Shown piece by piece: positions 41,480 through 53,829 of a stretch of 64,000 nt of DNA. Position 1 is the stretch's first letter, and each line of letters opens with the position of its first letter. The DNA lies in NCBI RefSeq assembly GCF_006345805.1, contig NC_042997.1, positions 2,108,001 through 2,172,000 of the forward strand, read 5' to 3'. The stretch comes from Octopus sinensis. Taxonomy: Eukaryota. The position numbers were made by a program, and so were the translations under genes. The notes beneath the pieces are model-generated. The model was given only the letters and a program-made list of their open reading frames with translations. It made no database searches and was not told where the DNA came from.

Positions 41480-42520
41480 TGACTTAATTACCTTCAGCAG
41501 CAATACACCGGTTTTAGCGTCTCCGGCACATTGGGAATCTGGCTTGGAAGTCGTTTTCCGTAAGCGAGCCGAAGTTCTTTTGCGATTTGCTCTGGTTCCC
41601 GACAAAAGTGTTAAAACGGGGACTTTTCTGGTGTCTTTTCCTCTTAGAGAAGAGATGGAAGTTCGTAGGTGCTAAATTTGGAGAAGAGGGTGGTGGATGT
41701 GAAAGCAACACCTTGTTGTTTTTCACGAGAAACTCACGAGCTCGGAGAGCTCGGAGACGGTGCAGTGTCGCGTGAAGTATCCACTACTTCGCATTCCGCA
41801 GGTACTCTCGTTTCCGCTGAATGTCTTCTCTGAAACGTTTCAAAACTTCGCATTAGTACTCTCCATTGACCATCTGGCCTTGGAAAACGAATTCTTAACG
41901 CACAATGCCGTCAATGTCTGGAAACAGTGAGCATGCTTGATTGACCTGTCATCCTGTTGTGTCTACTTCGGTAGTAGTGACGAAGGCCTCTTTCATTGTG
42001 ACGATTGCTGCTACGTCTCAGGGTCGTACCTGTTGACCCAACTCTCGCTACGTGTGATGATTTTCAACATAAAGGATGGATCATCAGCGGTACGCTGACA
42101 GAGACCTTAACAGACTTCGATGCGAAATTCTTTCTACGCAGTGGTCAGCAAGCAGAGTACAAACTTGGCAGAGACACGCTGCTTGTTCAATTCATACGTT
42201 TCGATTACCTGTACGGATCCGTAGCCAGACCAATAGCATAAGCATTGTCGTTTATTGTACTTCGATGATTCTGTATGCGCAAACTGTTGGATTTTCTCCA
42301 CGTTTCCGGTGATGACGCTCGTGTTAGGTCTTCCAGGTGACTCATCGTCTTCATGGGACGTTCTTCCGCTTTGGAAGCGGCCGTCCCACTCAAAACATTG
42401 CATACGATGCATTGCCTCGTCGCCGTAATCTTGCCGAAGCATACTCAAAGTCTCTGTAGCAGACTTCCCAAATTTAACGCAAAATTTATGTTGGTTCTTT
42501 GCTCTAACTCCCTGTTCATG
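41480..42520 (-). mobile_element. Decayed mariner transposase (second subfamily)
   Basis: YGDEAMHRMQCFEWDGRFQSGRTSHEDDESPGRPNTS (Mos1-type HTH region) and HPPPSSPNLAPTNFHLF; TIRs not identified. Confidence 0.85.
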
Positions 42521-43049
42521 ATAATATCGCAGAATACAGCAAGATCACAATTTCACAATAGTTCCAATTGAAAATGTATGGAATATATGCAGTTTCAAAC
42601 ATCAAAGTTGCACATATTCAAACCTGCACCAAACATATACTCTTACATTGTGCACAATATGAGAGCAAACCTTTGATGCAGGTCTGAAAAAGTATCACTC
42701 TTACGTTTGAATCTGCAAACTTTACAGACATGTATGTGAATACTGTGTATATACAAATGTATGCATGCGTGTCAGTGTTATATGTAATACAGTGTATATT
42801 TCTATTTTAAAATTTACCTCATAATTACCATTATGCACTGTATACAAGCATATTACTTGCATGTATTAAATCAATGTTGTATTAATCTGATATATGAAAT
42901 TCAGCTTACATTAATCTAGTTTTGCGTGATATGTTACCTCTAAACATACTTAAAATCTGATACAAATTTCTCATACAAAACGGAAGTTGTATACCGTGAA
43001 ATATAAAATATTTCATTAGAAGAGGAATATTCCAGAATACGGAAGTACA

Positions 43050-43790
43050 TAAAAATTATGCTAATGTTCTCGGGAATATCTCTGCTTATCGGAAATACTT
43101 AATGAAGCAGCATGGATTGTAAACCTTACCAAGCAATTTCTTGAAAAGTTGAATTTGCAACGAACATCTATTTAACGTCTTTCACTTTCATCTCGCATAA
43201 TTGATCTTTGCAATAAATATCAATTGTTCCCTCTGTTATTTTCTTTCTCTTAAGATATTGTACTCTTGCCCAATATGCACATGCTTGTGATAGGAAATTT
43301 GAAAAGGGTTTTCGTTATCAAAAACTAATGAGTGTGAATTAAAGAAAACGGATATGTTTGAAATAGAGTGAAAGGTATCTCTCAAGGATAACATGCCGAA
43401 ACCTTGAATTAGAATCTAATAATAGCGCTTAATATAAGCACAAGACTTGCAACTTCGGGGATCTCTTAGTCGATACCTTCAATGATAGTACACATCTTCA
43501 TATCATCTGCAGATATGAAAGCAACAGCCTATCAGTCTGGCATTTCGTTCCTAGCACTTAACTGTTCATTTGAACAGGTGAAACTGGGCTGGTCTGTAGA
43601 ATGTAGTTTTTTTATACCAAAAACCGAGTATCAGACCACTCCCAAAGGATTTCTCAAATAGCGATTTTGCATCAAATCTCAGCAGTGTTACAGCACTCTG
43701 TAACAAATTTACCCATTTTGCATCAGTGCTTTCTTGTTGTATCTCCCTACAATTGACTTCATGTAGTTATCGCCGCTAATCATAAATGCT
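43050..43790 (-). mobile_element. CR1/L2-like LINE RT relic
   Basis: Minus-strand FISADDMKMC near 43490-43525 (cf. LFADDTK) and VKDVK.M..NSTF further on; heavily decayed. Confidence 0.45.
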
Positions 43791-43874
43791 TTATTATATA
43801 TGGATTAACGTGCCCCCAAAATATACTTTATTTACAATATAGGCGCAGGAGTGGCTGTGTGGTAAGTAGCTTGC

Positions 43875-45444
43875 ATGAGCGAGACAGACTTGTGTTTGAC
43901 ACCAACGCAGTAAGATGTTATTTTGAAGCCGTCTTAAAGTGAAGGCGTTTGAAACTCAGCTGTAAGGCAAGACTTTCTTCTGTCTAGCGAGGGCCTTTTG
44001 TATATCGCAATTATTTTTACAAACAAGAATTCCTCACTGGACTCTTGCCTGCCGGAGGGGAATGAAATTTTGTTTCTTCCCACTTATTGTGGGAAGAAGT
44101 TGACGAAGGCTTGGGTTTGCGGCTTGCCACTCGGAGTTGAGCCCGGGTGGATAGGAGATACTATCCGCCGGGGATCTGCGTGGCAGTAGCACCAAGTTCC
44201 TCAGCATAAATAGTCTGCCTGCGGCTGACTGGGAGGGGTCAAAAGCTGTTTTGACCTTATGGATCCAGTCAGCCGAAAGTTTGGTATTTCCAGACTTTTT
44301 GAGAATGGCCGGGTCTAGGTATACGGTGATGCTTGAGCGATGCCCCACCAAGTGTCATCGGTACTTGAAGCCTGGCCATATAAAAAATAACTGTTCTCAA
44401 AGGCAAAGCAAAGCCCTGGAGTCGTTGACGAAGACCTCCGTAGAGGAGGAAATGGAGGCGGCCAAGGTGTCGGAGGACGCCTCAAAGAAGAGCCGCAAAA
44501 TGAAGAAGGTGAGCAATAATGGGTGCTCACCAAAGGATCCTCGGGATGAGGGAGGAGAGACAAATCTCCAGGTCACGGAGGAGACGCACCCTCCCTCAGT
44601 CGAGAAGAAAAAAAGAGGAGAAACAGGACATTGCCGGCTGTCGGAGACATGGCACCAGAGCGTCACGGAGCCTCGTCGGTTGTCCCACCGGATGGGTGAG
44701 AGACACCATTGGCGACAAGTGTGCCGCCAACGGTAAAATTGATCCCTTCGGACCAGGATGACAAAGAACTATTGGTATTCTTCTATAGAGGCGGAGAGGT
44801 GGAAAAGTTAATGAAAGCACTCTACGAGGGGGTAACTTTGGCTCAGATAGCTGTGGAGGTCATAACATTGCGTGTATTTCTAAGACTGAAGGGACTAAAA
44901 GAGGAATATCGCTCGTGGCCGAGTGACGCCAATTCGGAGCGCGCCTTCATTTTAAAGGAAGCATGGGCTATGGTGGATTACAAGGACACCAGCAATGATG
45001 AGGTAGAAAATTGACTAGATGTTGAAAAACCTCAGTGTTTAAGGTCGCTGAGCGCCTCATTTGTAAATGGACTAGTGTTGATAGTATATTGAATAAGAAC
45101 TGTTGTGAAATGTTCAGCACCTCGGTGAGATGGAAAAATTGACAAGAGATTGAAAAGCCTCAGTGTTATAAAGTGTAAGAGGCTCTGCGCCTAATTATTA
45201 AAGAGACTAGTGTTGATTGTATATTAAATATTTGTAATGGACAATACAATAATTGCAAAAACTGTCATGAGATGTTCAAGACCTCGTTTTGCTTATTCAG
45301 TTTTACAGAAGCAGAATATCGGCGGGCGTTTTTTGCCTTCTATCATCAATATCATCCTTGTTTCATCATTCACCACATCTTTGTATATGTCCAGCCCGCA
45401 AGCTACTATTTGTAATGCCTTTATGACAAAATCTTAATGAAATA
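43875..45444 (+). mobile_element. 1.57-kb ORF1-only non-LTR retroelement (L1/Tx1-type ORF1 remnant)
   Basis: 11-bp TSD AAGTAGCTTGC (43864-43874 / 45445-45455). Degenerate zinc knuckle KCHRYLKPGHIKNNC preceded by PDFLRMAGSRYTVMLE; AATAAA at the 3' end; no RT or endonuclease seen. Confidence 0.75.
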
Positions 45445-45600
45445 AAGTAGCTTGCTTACCAACCACACGGTTCCGGGTTCAGTCCCACTGCGTGACACCT
45501 TGGACAAGTGTCTTCTACTATGGCCTCAGGCCGACCAAAGCCTTGTGAGTGGATTTGCTAGATAGAAAATTAAACAAGCCCGTCGTATATATATATATAT

Positions 45601-47405
45601 ATTTGTTTGGTGTATATGTTGAGGCTTATATGTACTTGTGGGTGTGTGTGAGTGGGGTGGGTGTTTGTATTTGTTATGGGTGTGTGGTTTACGTGTGTGT
45701 ATTTGTGTGTGAATGTATAGGTTAAAGGGATTGCTATATAAGTATGTTATAGGGTTTAGTAAAGGGAGGTTTTATCATTTATGTTTTTGTGAGTTTTAGT
45801 TTATCATGGTAGTTTTATAAAAGAATCCATTCATAATTTTTTAAATAATGTTGGTTTACCGCGTGTATATAATTTTTAATTCCATTTATTCTATTTCTCC
45901 ATTCATAATTTTAAGTGAGGTTTGCTTCCATAGCGCGTATTCTTTTTATACATAAGTTATGTTCCTATGGTAACGTAATTTGGTTTGATGTTTTTAACGG
46001 ATTATAATTTAATTTCACTTCATAATTTGAAACTGACTTGAAAGTATGTATATTATTTCTCCTTATGTCATATTGTTATTTTTGATATTCTGGTTACTTA
46101 CGATGTATTTTATATATCGTATTATGTGTAATAATGTTGTTTTTCTTTGGAGTTTTTATGTATGTGGGATTGTGTGTGAGTGTGTGCGTATTTTGGTTGT
46201 GTAGTTTGTTTATCTGTATGAATGTGGGTGTGTTAATATTGTTGTATATATCGAGTTTGGTGAGTATGTATATGTATATGGTGTGTGTTTTACATATGTA
46301 TATTTGTGTGTGAATGTGTTTATGGGTTTGCTATTTAGGTTTGGGGATGTATGTGTTTATTTGTCTGTGTGGGGTTGAGTGGGTTTTTGGAGTATATGTT
46401 GAGGTTTATATGTATGTATAGGTATGTGTAAGTGGGGTGGGTATCTGTATATGTCGTGGGTGTGTGGTTTACGTGTGTGTATTTGTGTGTGAATGTTTAG
46501 GTTAGGGGGATTGCTATATAGGTATGTTATAGAGTTTAGTAAAGGGAGATTTTATCATTATATGTTTTTATGAGTTTTGGTTTATCATGGTAGTTTTGTT
46601 AAGGAATTCGTAGTAATTTGTGTCTATTTGCGATGACTGTTGTTTTATTGCATTGTTTCATTCATAATTTTTAAGTAGTGTTCGTTTTACCAAGTGAATA
46701 TAATTTTTAATTCCATTTATTCCATTTCTCCGTTCATAATTTTAAGTGATGTCCGTTTCTAGAGTGGGAATGTGGGTTGTATGTGTGTGTGAGGGAGTAT
46801 GAATAAGTATTGTGTTGAAGTATTTAGCTATTTTATTTATTTATCGTTGCCTAGACGTTTTTATGTGTATGTATAGGGATATATATATAGGTGTGTGATT
46901 TAGTGTATGTATTTAGATATGGTTATATATAATTAGTTATATGTGTATGGGTGTATATATAGTTTATTTTTTGTTTTGTTTTATATTTTATATTTTATAT
47001 TTTATATTTTATATTTTATATTTAATTGTTGATAGGTTTATTTTAGTTTATATATTGTTTATATATTGATTATATATGGATTATATATAGGTTATAAATA
47101 GATTATATATTTATATTTTTTCATTAATACTTTAATTATTTTAAAATTATTATTTTTATATTTTAAAATATTGATATTTTAGATTGGAAGTCCACCTGAA
47201 GATTGTCGATCAAGACAAGAAACAATTGTAGTGGCGGTTTTTTTGACTTTTTATTAAAATTTTATGTATTGATTAAGTCTTTCCTTGTTTGCTTTGCAAA
47301 ATAGTGGTTTTGTCTCTAATAATATTATATAATATTTTACTATAAAATTGGATTTAATCCTAAATCTGATTTTTTCCCTGTAAATTTGGATTTATTCCCT
47401 AATAT
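45601..47405 (+). mobile_element. Non-coding TG/T-rich PLE-like insertion with internal ~780-bp duplication and an HHR
   Basis: 45610-45910 aligns with 46390-46750; (TTTTATA)n at ~46980-47020; HHR at 47192; sits in the SINE central (TA)n. Confidence 0.6.
47192..47234 (+). ncRNA. Minimal type I hammerhead ribozyme motif, intact
   Basis: CCAC-CTGAAGA-TTGTC(GATCAA)GACAA-GAAAC-AATT-GTA-GTGG. Helix III palindrome ACAATTGT; predicted cut after 47230. Confidence 0.8.
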
Positions 47406-47442
47406 TTATTATATATATATATATATATATATGTAGATAGAT

Positions 47443-47477
<35 letters not shown>

Positions 47478-47757
47478 CATAGATACATAGATACATAGAT
47501 AGATAGATAGATATGTGTGTGAGTGTGTGTTTGTGTGTCTGTGTTTGTGTGTCTGTGTTTGTCCCTCACCATCGCTTGGCAAACGATGTTGTTGTGTTTA
47601 ATTCCCCGTAACATAGCAGTTTGGAAAAAGAAACCGATAGAATAAGCACTAGGATTACAGAGAATAATGCAGGTCTATATTTACGAGACGGGGAATTATG
47701 TACAATATTTACATTATTTACAATAGACAGATATTTGATCTCATCTTGTTTGTTGTT

Positions 47758-47803
47758 AACACAACGTTTCGGCTTATATACACTCCAGGCTTCATCAAGT
47801 GTC
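47758..47803 (-). ncRNA. Degenerate minimal hammerhead motif
   Basis: GACAC-TTGATGA-A-GCCTG(GAGTGTATAT)AAGCC-GAAAC-GTT-GTGTT; C3 changed to U, helix II eroded, AACGTT palindrome retained. Confidence 0.55.
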
Positions 47804-47888
47804 TTGGGGAAATTTCGAACCTAGATTCTCATTCCTAAGGCATTTTTCGATGTTGTTGTTGTTGTTATCATCGTCATCGTGATCATCA

Positions 47889-47944
<56 letters not shown>

Positions 47945-47945
<1 letters not shown>

Positions 47946-49826
47946 GGTAGTTTTATTTTTATAGCGTGCTTTCACTTCACTACCGAGCGCAGCTCTGTGT
48001 GCCTTGGGTATGTGTTGTGATTTGTTGTGGTGCTCTGATGGTTATTGTATGGAAAGTGTTCTGCGTAGGATGTGTGCAGTGCCTAGTAGTGCAATTTTCT
48101 GTATGTTATATGTGTTTATAAGTCCTGATGTTTTGTTATTTATTTGTCTAAATATTTTTTTATGATGCATAATGATAGGAATTGTCTCTGTTTTTAGATT
48201 CCACATTGTAGCTACCTCTATTTCCAGGTCTTTGTATTTTGAAAGTTTCTCTATTTCTTTTAGAGACACGTTGTCATCTGCTGGTATTGATACATCAATT
48301 AGAAAGCATTTTTCCTAATGATCTCTGACAACTATATCTGGTCTGTTGGCCTTAATTTCTCTATCTGTGTGTATTGGCATATCCCGGAGTATGGTTGCTT
48401 TCTCGTTTTCTGTGACCTTTTCTGGTGTGTGCCTATACAGTCTTTTTTCTGTTGTTATTCCATAATTTTGGCATAGCTTCCAGTGTATGTAGCCCCCAAC
48501 TCTGTCGTGTCTGCGAATATATTCTTTCTTAGCCAGGACTGGACAGCTAGAGATAATATGATTTATTGTTTCTTGTCCATCTCCCCATATTCTGCAGTTA
48601 CTCTGCTTTGAGTCCTGAGCTTCTCAACTATTCCTTGGATTTTTCTTTGTCTATTTCTTTTCCGTTTAGTTTAGTCCAGTATTTACCATGAAATGGCTTT
48701 TCTTGCCATCGTTTTATCATGGTTCGTTGCTGTTCTGTTTTTAGTTTGGATTTCATTTGTTTTATAGCTTTTGTTGTTTCATCATCATCATCATCATCAT
48801 CATCTTCATCATCATCATCATCTTCATCTTCATCTTCTTCTTCTTCTTCTTCTTCTTCTTCTTCTTCTTCTTCTTCTTCTTCTTCTTCTTCTTCTTCTTC
48901 TTCATATTTATTAGGTGGTATGATTTCTTGTTTGTATTTGTCAGCTTCCTTAAATACTGAGAACAGTTTTTTGTTTTGCTCGTGTTTTGCCGCTATTTGT
49001 ATCAGTTTTCCTTCCTTCTGAAGTAGATATTTTTGCAGTCCTATGGTGGTTATTTTATAGTAGTTTTCCAGCTGTATAAGGCCTCTAACACCTTCTATAC
49101 GTTGTATGTATAGTCTTTCTATGTCAGATTTTGGGTGATGCATCCTAGATCCTGTCATTATTTTTCTTGTTTTCCTATCTATTTTGGTCAGTTCATTTAG
49201 TGTCCAGTTAAGGATATTGTAGCTGTAACTTATAACTGGGACGGTTAAAGTGTTAATACCTATCATCTTGTTTTTAGCATTGAGCTCTGTGTTTAGTATT
49301 GATCTAACTCGTCTATAGTATTCTTTCTTCTTCTTCTTTCTTCTTCTTCTTCTTCTTCTTCTTCTTCTTCTTCATATTTATTAGGTGGTATGATTTCTTG
49401 TTTGTATTTGTCAGCTTCCTTAAATACTGAGAACAGTTTTTTGTTTTGCTCGTGTTTTGCCGCTATTTGTATCAGTTTTCCTTCCTTCTGAAGTAGATAT
49501 TTTTGCAGTCCTATGGTGGTTATTTTATAGTAGTTTTCCAGCTGTATAAGGCCTCTAACACCTTCTATACGTTGTATGTATAGTCTTTCTATGTCAGATT
49601 TTGGGTGATGCATCCTAGATCCTGTCATTATTTTTCTTGTTTTCCTATCTATTTTGGTCAGTTCATTTAGTGTCCAGTTAAGGATATTGTAGCTGTAACT
49701 TATAACTGGGACGGTTAAAGTGTTAATACCTATCATCTTGTTTTTAGCATTGAGCTCTGTGTTTAGTATTGATCTAACTCGTCTATAGTATTCTTTCTTC
49801 TTCTTCTTTTTCTTCATCTTCTTCTT

Positions 49827-49829
<3 letters not shown>
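47945..49829 (-). mobile_element. 5'-truncated R4/Dong-like LINE (RT thumb, CCHC, restriction-like endonuclease) inserted in (TAA)n, with internal 470-bp tandem duplication
   Basis: ORFs 49293-49817 and 48628-49266 (HPKSDIERLY), CRICGDGQETINHIISSC, RPDIVV..DVSIP, KYKDLEIEV...GTAHILRRTL; (ATT)n on both sides; 48901-49325 matches 49371-49795. Confidence 0.93.
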
Positions 49830-49893
<64 letters not shown>

Positions 49894-51843
49894 TATTATT
49901 ATTATCATTCAGGACACTGCCTGGAATCTAACTCGGAATCTTGGGGTTAAGTGGCCCGCGATCTTAACCACTACGCCATATACAGAGAAGTCTTGGGGTC
50001 GATTTGTCGAAGTAAAAGGCGGTGCTCCAGCACGGACGTAGTCAAATGACTGAAACAAATACAAAAATAAAAGAATAAAAGAATGTCATTTACCTCAGGT
50101 GTATATTTGTTTATGGTTGCTTAACTGGGCCGTAATTCTAAAATTGTTCAGCGAACAACGTGGAATATACTTCTGGAAATATTAAATATAAAATGTTTTC
50201 GTAATAAGTCGTATTACATACTTCGATTTCCTACATGCATCACACATTTCCAACAATATTATTCTTCGATGTATATTATATTTTTTGCACTGAACTTTAA
50301 ATATTAAAAATTTAAACACATTTTACATATATTTAATTGAGAATCTTGATTGCTTAGTTTAAATAACTTGATTAGAAGCAAAAACTAAAGGATGGAAATA
50401 AAGTGGAAGAAAGCAATTATTTCCATTTGATAATCAAATCAGCCATATTGACAGATTTTTTTTTTATTTGTAGGGCTATTTCTGGTCCAATCAGATAACT
50501 GCATAATTTGGAGTATAATGTCATATGCTGCTATTCTCTTTCAATCGCACCTATATTCGTAAAGTTACTTGAATAATATTTAAAATTACATAAATGTAAC
50601 TTCTCATAAGAACAATATTTTCGTGTGCTGTGTACCTATTTTTCCCAGCTGCGAAGAGAGAGAACCATTTGAATAAAATATCTAGAAATTTTTCATCATG
50701 TGAAATTTGAATTATAGTTTTAGCAATTTACCAAGACGCCGTTCTGTTATAACGCTAATATCATGAAATAATGAGTGGTGCATTATCCCGCAGGAATCAA
50801 AGCAATAAAACTTAGATTTCATGTATTCTTCAATTGCTTTTAATAATGTATCATATTTTAAAAATATTCATTTGCATTCCATTCGAAACCAACAAAATAA
50901 TTGCAGTTATTACTTTTAAAATAATTATTTTAATTATTCAAAATATCAGTGTGACAACGTAACTATTTTAACGTGATTTCTTTCAGCAATTTCCGAAGCA
51001 ATTCTTATAATTACTATTCAAATTTTCAAATTTAATATTTGCAACCATTTTAAAATGTTAGACTAAATAGAATTTTAACATTTACCATGTTTACATCTCT
51101 ACTTTCCTCCCAAAATATCTTGATCTCTCTATAATATTATCGAAAATATTTATGAAAAATTAACAAAATATGCGACTTGCTGATTCATATTTAAAATTGC
51201 TTTAAGCAATGAAAGTGCTACAGGAACAATTGAATGAAAATTAATATCAAATTAGACACTACTCATATTTTGGTAAAATCATTTGAAGAATTTGCTTAGC
51301 GTTTGATGTCTCACTACTCAGTAGAGTGTTATTGTTTTTACGGATAAGTTTCCCAGCAAGAAAATTGATGTTAGGTTAATATATCACTGAAGCAGACCTA
51401 ATATGCTTCGGAAATACTGTCTTGAGTATTATGCGTTTCACCTGCTTGTATAGCATTAACGTTCTACAATTAAATGAAATTGTTTTATTTTAGGCATGAA
51501 ACTACTTTACAGAAATTCTTAACACCAAACAGACTATATTTACATTATGCTATTAATGTTGAAATTTTACAATATAACTGCATTAAAGGAATATATAGTT
51601 GTTAAGATGTTTGCCTAGCCGTCACTTTATTTATCACACCTACGTTGCATTTTCAGAGAGTTCGCAATGTAGCATAACCTCTGGTTGAAGAATCCATGTG
51701 TACAAAATATATTTCAAAGGAACTCTGAAGACTTAAAACTTAATAAATGTTGTCAATAGATTATTGGGATACTGCAACTAATCATAAAGTTTTATGCACA
51801 AATAAACCAGTCTAATTATATATATATAATATATATATTATAT

Positions 51844-52015
51844 AGACGCAGGAGTGGCTGTGTGGTAAGTAGCTTGCTAACCAACCACATGGTTCCGGGT
51901 TCAGTCCCACTGCGTGGCATCTTGGGCTAGTGTCTTCTGCTATAGCCCCGGGTCGACCAATGCCTTGTGAGTGGATTTGGTAGACGGAAACTGAAAGAAG
52001 CCTGTCGTATATATG

Positions 52016-52048
<33 letters not shown>

Positions 52049-52268
52049 TTGTGTGTCTGTGTTTGTTCCCCTAGCATTGCTTTACAACCGATGCTGGTGT
52101 GTTTACGTCCCCGTCACTTAGCGGTTCGGCAAAAAGAAACCGATAGAATAAGTACTGGGCTTACAAAAAGAATAAGTCCCGGGGTCGAGTTGCTCGACTA
52201 AAGATGGTGCTCCAGCATGGCCGCAGTCAAATGACTGAAACGAGTAAAAGAGTAAAGAGTAAAGAGTA
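51844..52268 (+). mobile_element. Intact tRNA-derived SINE with central (TA)n/(TG)n
   Basis: A box tggctgtgtggt, B box gggttcagtcc, core, microsatellite centre, 3' body and (AAGAGTA)-type tail. Confidence 0.92.
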
Positions 52269-52316
52269 TATGTATAACCTGAAATTCATTTCCCTCCTTT
52301 CTCAACGTATACATAC

Positions 52317-52362
<46 letters not shown>

Positions 52363-52458
52363 CATATATACACACACGCGCACATACTCACATGTATGTA
52401 TATATATATATATTCATATATACGTACATACATATATACACACATATATGTATATATA

Positions 52459-52540
<82 letters not shown>

Positions 52541-53748
52541 ATGTAAACATATATAATGCATTTATTGCGCACGTCGTTCGTTAATGCTATTATAAAGACA
52601 TGATTCGAATTTGATTTCAATTTAATTTGAATTTAATAATGTATCTCACTTTTCCATTACTGCGTGGTAATAGAGACACTTTGGACATTATTAGAAGTAT
52701 AATAAAATGCCTTTGTTTATTAGAACTTCTTTCATAAAAGGTCTGAGCTATTAGGGTCTTCAAAATGATTTCACTCGTAAATGATTTTAAAATAAACCTC
52801 AAGTGTAAGTCCAATAGACTCGAAATGATTCGGGACTTATTAGGTAAAATTGCTTCTATTCAGTATGGCATGATTGTTAATTACGTTGAAAGCAGAATTC
52901 GCTGATTCATAGGCTCCATTTTTGTATCCATTTCAAGCGTTTTAAGAATTATATAACAACATATTTAATTGATGTTATAATTGCTTTTATTAAAAAATGA
53001 CTAATTCCTATTAATCATTAATATTTTATATCGTTTTTTAACGAGGGAAGCTAGCAACAGAAGTAATTCGAAGATGTGAGAAGATTATGATTAAAAAGAA
53101 AGATTTCCATTTGCTTTCATTAAGATATACATTAAAAGTTAATAATAAAAACAAAACACGTTTTAGATATATATTTCATTGTCTACGTTTTAGTCATGAA
53201 AGACTAGTCAAATTCATAAAGAATTTATCTATTTTCAATTGATTATAAATAAAAGAAGTAATAAGAGGGCTGTTTTCTATGAATGGGTAAATGTAGACAT
53301 ATATTTGCATATAATCATCAATATATTTTGAACTGAATTGACTGATTTAAAAATGTGCGTTAAAATTCAATATATATATGTATCAAACCATGAAGCGGAT
53401 TTCATTGCCATCTCTGACTGGGATCAAAATGAATTCTCATTCAATTCTGCGGAAAATTGTATATGGCTGTATTATCAAGCTTTGTAAACATTTTCACGTT
53501 AGATCGCATTAGATCGCATTAGATCGCATAATCTCGCCCACATGCCACTTCGTATTTATAACAAATACAAACATAGAAAAATATCCTTGATATAAATCGA
53601 ATAAGCCGATAAAAATTTGATGGGCAATCTATGAAATGATAACACTGATTAAGAAACTAATACACTATTTTTAGTAGACAACATTTTACATGCATCGTTC
53701 TCCAAATACAACATACATGCCGTATTCAAATTGCTCCTTGCTTTGCAG

Positions 53749-53829
53749 ATAAATTCTCTAATTGACCTTATAATACAGATGTTCTTTCACAAAATAGCGC
53801 TTGTGTTGATAGGCAAAAAACTTACTCAT
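53749..53829 (+). other. Candidate 81-nt exon (unverified)
   Basis: ttgctccttgctttgcag acceptor, gtatgt donor; only phase 0 is open: INSLIDLIIQMFFHKIALVLIGKKLTH. Confidence 0.18.

Larger units (their letters stand above)
47665..49980 (-). mobile_element. tRNA-headed short element carrying an HHR-like motif, split by a Dong-like LINE
   Basis: 9-bp direct repeat TACAGAGAA (47656-47664 / 49981-49989). Minus-strand head TATGGCGTAGTGGTTAAG...GAGTTAGATTCC (49980-49908), then (ATA)n, then the body 47890-47665 containing the HHR-like motif. Confidence 0.7.
43841..50085 (+). mobile_element. tRNA-derived SINE split into four pieces (43841-43874, 45456-45600, ~47515-47664, 49990-50085)
   Basis: The four pieces concatenate, in order, to match the intact copy at 51844-52268. 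Confidence 0.85.

Noticed and set aside
48628-49817. Poly-E/D and poly-K proteins as host genes
   Set aside because: They are LINE RT-thumb sequence with expanded (GAA)n tracts.
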